A stretch of DNA of 63,267 bases, filler included, from Choristocarpus tenellus KU-1152 (lineage: Eukaryota; Protista; Phaeophyceae): NCBI GenBank assembly GCA_964200185.2. It is 9 parts of 9 records of this genome, joined end to end, with 100 filler letters (N's around TTAATTAATTAA, not from the genome) between each part and the next. Parts side by side here need not be neighbours in the genome. Positions count along the whole stretch, not along the records: positions 53,151 to 60,607 come from CAXNAD020006124.1; positions 60,708 to 63,267 come from CAXNAD020026770.1; 7 more parts are not named here. One strand, written 5' to 3'. The notes beneath the pieces were generated by a model. That model had not been told where the DNA came from, ran no database searches, and saw only the letters and a list, made by a program, of their open reading frames with translations. The position numbers were made by a program, and so were the translations under genes. The first letter of the stretch is position 1. Every line of letters begins with the position of its first letter. Of this stretch, positions 58,901 to 63,267 are shown one piece after another.

Positions 58901-59365
58901 TCACTGTTGTGATCCTGTGTAGTGCTTGAAGGCTCGACCCTTGTGCACAACAGCCTTGAAGAAATAAATTTCTTGACTTGCTTTGTGATGGTGTTGGGTC
59001 GTGGTGTGTTTTGAGTAGTTGGAAGGAATGTATGTATTGATGGATTGGGATTAGTGGTACTTGATGCAAAGTGCTGGACCATGATATTCTTAGTTGAAAT
59101 AGATGCTGTCATGGAAATACAGTACACACTATTTTGCATGGTATAGAAAGTTGATTGTGTGTCTCAACTTGGAATATCGGACAACCATTAGTGAGGGGTA
59201 CATTAGTGAACTTAGAATAACATGAGATGGTAATGAGTGAAGAAGAAAATACACACAAAACAGTGAAGTACATGCCAGCACCACCTGCCTGACAATAACG
59301 ACAATGCTGTGTTTGCTTTGATGGGCCTGCCTGTAATGATGTTTAGAGGAGAAAGGGCAGGTACT

Positions 59366-59623
59366 GAGTCAAATCAAACGAAGGGTACTCAAATTGACAT
59401 TTTATAGATGACAAACACGTGCCATTTTTATATTTTTTCAAACGCGTTTTGGAACTTTTCTTAACTCTATTGAGGAGCTTCAAATAATAGAGAAATCAAC
59501 ACTCTTTAAGTCAAACTCGACACTTCACCCAAAGAAATATAGGTGAATCGCAAAATATTGCAAAAATTGACTTAAAATTGGAAATCGGCCCCAAACCTGG
59601 GCACCTCTCGCTTACTTTGACTC
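59366..59623 (+). mobile_element. MITE family B copy, 3-bp TSD ACT
   Basis: GAGTCAAATCAAACGAAGGGTACTC...GGGCACCTCTCGCTTACTTTGACTC; flanks ACT/ACT. Confidence 0.88.
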
Positions 59624-59756
59624 ACTATTTAATATGTTTTTTTTCTGATCATCTACTTTGTATTTTTTCTAAGAACACTAACCACTGTTTTCTAATTTCA
59701 CACTTTCAAAGTTGATGGTCCAAACGACATTCGAGAAGAAGAGGAGGAAGAGAAAT

Positions 59757-59952
59757 GAGTCCAAGTATCTTAGAGGGTAGAGCCGCATCTGTTTGGAGAC
59801 CAAAATCCAATGTTGCGGTTTTGATGTAATTTTGACTATTGTGTTTGTTAGGAAGTGTCAATACCCTTATTCTGGACAAACCTTTTCATAAGGTATACAT
59901 TTTACCTACTCTGGAACATTTAGGAGTAGGAAAATGTCATAAAACAACTCGA
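59757..59952 (+). mobile_element. MITE family A, 3'-truncated
   Basis: GAGTCCAAGTATCTTAGAGGGTAGAGCCG...CCTACTCTGGAACATTTAGGAGTAGG; right TIR absent. Confidence 0.87.
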
Positions 59953-60585
59953 ATGTTACCAAGTTAGAGGTTAGTAGGGCTGGGAGAAGATATGATTCCT
60001 GGTCAATGCAGGTTACGGGAGCGGTTCCAACACTGGGAGATACATGAAAGAAATGGACAAGTTGCTTTTTATTTTTCAAGGTCACAGTGAAATGATCAGA
60101 CAGACTACCAGCAGAAGTCGCCAACGGCTACCATCAATACTACAGCAGCCAAAATAACCACAGGAGAAAAGAGCAAAAACAAGCATATTCCATACAAAAA
60201 AAGTCTACCTATTTTGGAGGTCAGAAGTCCGGAGAGCGCTTCCGAGAACCCTCTATGCTAGTGTTGTTGGAGAAAAAGATACATTGTGATGTTTACACAC
60301 AAGGAATGGAAGAATTGTCACTGCCAAAGCAAAGAGTCTTTTTGTTGTGTCTTCAGAGTCTCACCCACCGTCTATAGAACCTTCTTCACCACATCCACTC
60401 CAAAAAAGAACGCTGTGTTGGGTGAGAATGTCCAGATCTTGGCTGACGCAGTGCCCTTGTAAAGCACGGCAGGTGCTTCCTCCTTGGAGAGTGCGCTGTC
60501 GGTGTTCTTGTTCATAGCAAAAAAAAACAGTTTTGTAGCATGGGTTTATACACTATGTTAGGTTAGGTTCTACTTGACTGGATCA

Positions 60586-60607
60586 GACCCAAAGTATCTG
60601 GGAGGGG
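60586..60607. mobile_element. MITE family C terminus at a contig end
   Basis: GACCCAAAGTATCTGGGAGGGG. Confidence 0.75.
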
Positions 60608-61272
60608 NNNNNNNNNNNNNNNNNNNNNNNNNNNNNNNNNNNNNNNNNNNNTTAATTAATTAANNNNNNNNNNNNNNNNNNNNNNNNNNNNNNNNNNNNN
60701 NNNNNNNGAGGGTGTGCATGTACTGAAGCAAGGTAGGCTTAGAAGGTCATTTGCTGTTGCTTCTCTCCCACCACTCACCCAGTATAGCGCTACCATTGTT
60801 GTGTCACACCCTCATAAGGTGAACAACACAGAAAATATAGAGGAGGCATCTACAACATCAGTGTGCTTCAGATTATGGTATTAAGTTGGTGAAATAAGAG
60901 TCTAAGGACGTTAATACAAAAAAGGTGTTGGGGCAGGTGTCATTTACTACTTCACGACAATGCTTAGAGGTACAACTATTTTGAGAGTCCACTATCCTTC
61001 AGAGAAGTATGAGTAATTCTTTACGATATATATACTTGAGTTTATGCCCTCAGTGCATTAACTATTAACATCTACCTCCCACCAGTAAATCTACCATCAG
61101 ACCTAACAGAGCAATCACATACCACAAGACATGAAATTCAGGACCACCGCAAAATGCATATTCCCCTACCTCATCTTAGGCCGTCTTTTTTGTCTGAAGA
61201 ACATTATAATCAAGGGAGAGGACCACCTACCTACTCATATTGCACTTTATTAAAATGTGGTTCAATCCTCCA

Positions 61273-63267
61273 TCAATATGTCTTTGGAACTACTGGGTTA
61301 GGCTCCTCCGATGCCTTAGCAATTGCACTGAGCTCTGCTGCTACTGCAGCTGCATTTGGTCGATCCTCAACTGAGAATGACCAGCATTGGGTAATGAGGT
61401 CAGTAATAGCCACTGGCACTGTCGTTGGGAGACGTGGTCTCACACCTAACTGCAGTGTGTGAGTGTATGATTCCAAGGACAGGCCACAAAGGGGGTTACT
61501 CAGTCCCACTGCAAATGCTTCCCAGCACAAGACTCCAAGACTGAAAACATCGACTGGTGTGCCATATCCCAAGCCGGAGAAGACCTTTCAGGATTAAGAT
61601 TCGTTAGTGGATTGAAAGTCAGGGCAGGATATTTTATCATGAATCTTTGCTTTCCCCAAAAGGAAGACAGAGATATAGAACTGAACGGGAGACCCTATCA
61701 CCATGTGATAATTGCGTTCTCTGGTAGTGAGGTAGAATTCCAATCTATCCCTTGACTTGTTCTTTTACCCATAGCACCGTCTATTCTCCCCTCCCCTCTC
61801 ATCTTCCTCCCTTATCGATCTCACCTCACATTGGACTATCCAACACACGGCAGTGTATCACCCACCCTTCCAGATTTTGTCTAGCATGTATGCAAGGACA
61901 ACGATAACTATCTTCTCCCCTAATTCTCTACACTGGCACCAAGCCCCTACCCTTCAGATGTGAAAATGCTTTGCTCTTGTGAGAGCAGTGAAGGCTTAAC
62001 AATAATTTCTTCTCCAATGTCATTCAAAGTACTCTCTGAGTCTACCTTTCCCTCCAGGAAAAATGTATGAAATCAATTTGCGAGAGTACAATCTTCGTAA
62101 ACTTAGGGTTAGGGTTAGTGAATCTAAAAAAGTAGATTAGGTCACATCTATCCTATGGGATTACTTGGCTCTGCTATATACCTATCTTGACATCTCTTTT
62201 GATCCCCCTTTCTAATTTTCTCCTGGCCCGATTCAACAGTGAATGGGCATCCTTCCCAAGAACCACTTTTCTCTTCATGCCCAACTCACCTCAGGGGCAG
62301 CCCACCCGCTTGTTCCGACCTCCTCTGTCAGCAATTTTTCTCCGTCTCCTGGGATAAAGGCTGCACTACCCAAGTCCCCAACTTTGGCCTCCCATTGTAG
62401 CTTGGGATAACTTTCTAACCCTGCTTCCTGCTGTTTCCATCCCTTCCTCACCATGATATTGTGACTCTTCACATCCCGGTGGACCACTCCTTCTCTGTGA
62501 AGGAAGGCTAGACCCTCTGCTACATGCACCAGGAGCTGGACAGCACCGGAGCAACCCAGTTTTCTCCACTCCCCAGAAGGATCATTGATCAGTCTGTGTA
62601 GGCTCCCACCCTCCATTGCCTCCAACAGGAGTGATGCTCGTGGAAATAGCCACACTCCCAATAGCCCAACCACTCGTTCACAACCTTGTAATTGGATGTG
62701 CATGCCGGCCTCCTTTCTGAGCTCCCGCAGGACTGCTAAAGGTACTTCTGAACGTACATATCGAAACTCTTTCACGGCTACAGCCCCTGCACCTTGGGGC
62801 ACCACGCATGCACCAAAACAACCTTTTTTCTCATCGACACCTTGCAGACTTTTTTCAGGGTTTGTGCTCAATGAAAAAGCTCCTGTTTGCTCAGCCCTGT
62901 ACACCACAGAATGTTTCCCTTCTCCATAGACTCGCTCCTTCTTGAAAGTCCCTGAAGGGTATTGACCTAACCCTTCCGCCTCTACCAGGGCCTCCAACAT
63001 CTGAGTCTCATGCAGTCTTTCTTGTTTTTCAGCTAAAATCTGTTCCTCCACCAGCTTCAATTCTTCCTCTCTACTTGCATTGGCCCCCTTCTCAGGTGCC
63101 AATACTCGCTTTAGAGATCCTCGGAGGGCTTGGACCTCCACGAGAAGATCTGGTGGATGTCCTGGTGGTGAGGTGTCAGGAACCTGCTCCAGACAAGGCG
63201 TGGACGTTGTGACTGAGGGGAGTTTCTTCCTTGGGTAAACTACAGGCATGGTAGGGGGTAGAGGGGG
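61273..63267 (-). CDS. Tyrosine-kinase-like Ser/Thr protein kinase, last two exons (>63267-62290 and 61584-61273)
   Basis: GEGKHSVVY, VAVKEF, HRDVKSHNI, KVGDLG, GTSGWAAPE/GTGAG donor; AAG acceptor then VFSGLGYGTPVDVFSLGVLCWE..RPRLP..CWSFSVEDRP. Confidence 0.92.

Noticed and set aside
1-63267. Endogenous giant-virus (phaeovirus) segment, tRNA or rRNA genes
   Set aside because: No viral hallmark ORFs, gene-dense intronless block, cloverleaf or rRNA motifs were recognised by eye.

Overview
Eukaryotic, intron-rich, repeat-laden scaffold made of 9 contigs joined by eight 100-bp N44-TTAATTAATTAA-N44 linkers. A plastid-type bipartite leader, a VDR gene, brown-algal-style Copia and interstitial TTAGGG tracts point to a photosynthetic stramenopile, probably a brown alga or close relative (inference). 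Genes rebuilt by hand from GT-AG sites and reading phase: the last exon of a PIH1/CS-domain protein (-); a large low-complexity SSW-repeat membrane protein (+); a 3-exon plastid-targeted DUF3493/LPA1-like protein (-) head-to-head with a GST-like + YbaK/ProX protein, likely the N-terminus of prolyl-tRNA synthetase (+); a complete 7-exon violaxanthin de-epoxidase-related gene (+); and the last two exons of a TKL-type kinase (-). The rest is mostly transposon debris (two Ty3/Gypsy, Ty1/Copia, Penelope-like, CRE-like non-LTR, hAT, possible mariner and KDZ relics) plus several tandem arrays with higher-order structure. The most distinctive non-gene signal is about 22 copies or fragments of three MITE families with unrelated interiors that share one terminus (5'-G-N3-CAAAGTA) and make either 3-bp or 4-bp target duplications. 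No RNA genes or true CRISPR arrays were recognised. All family assignments come from motif recognition by eye, not database searches.
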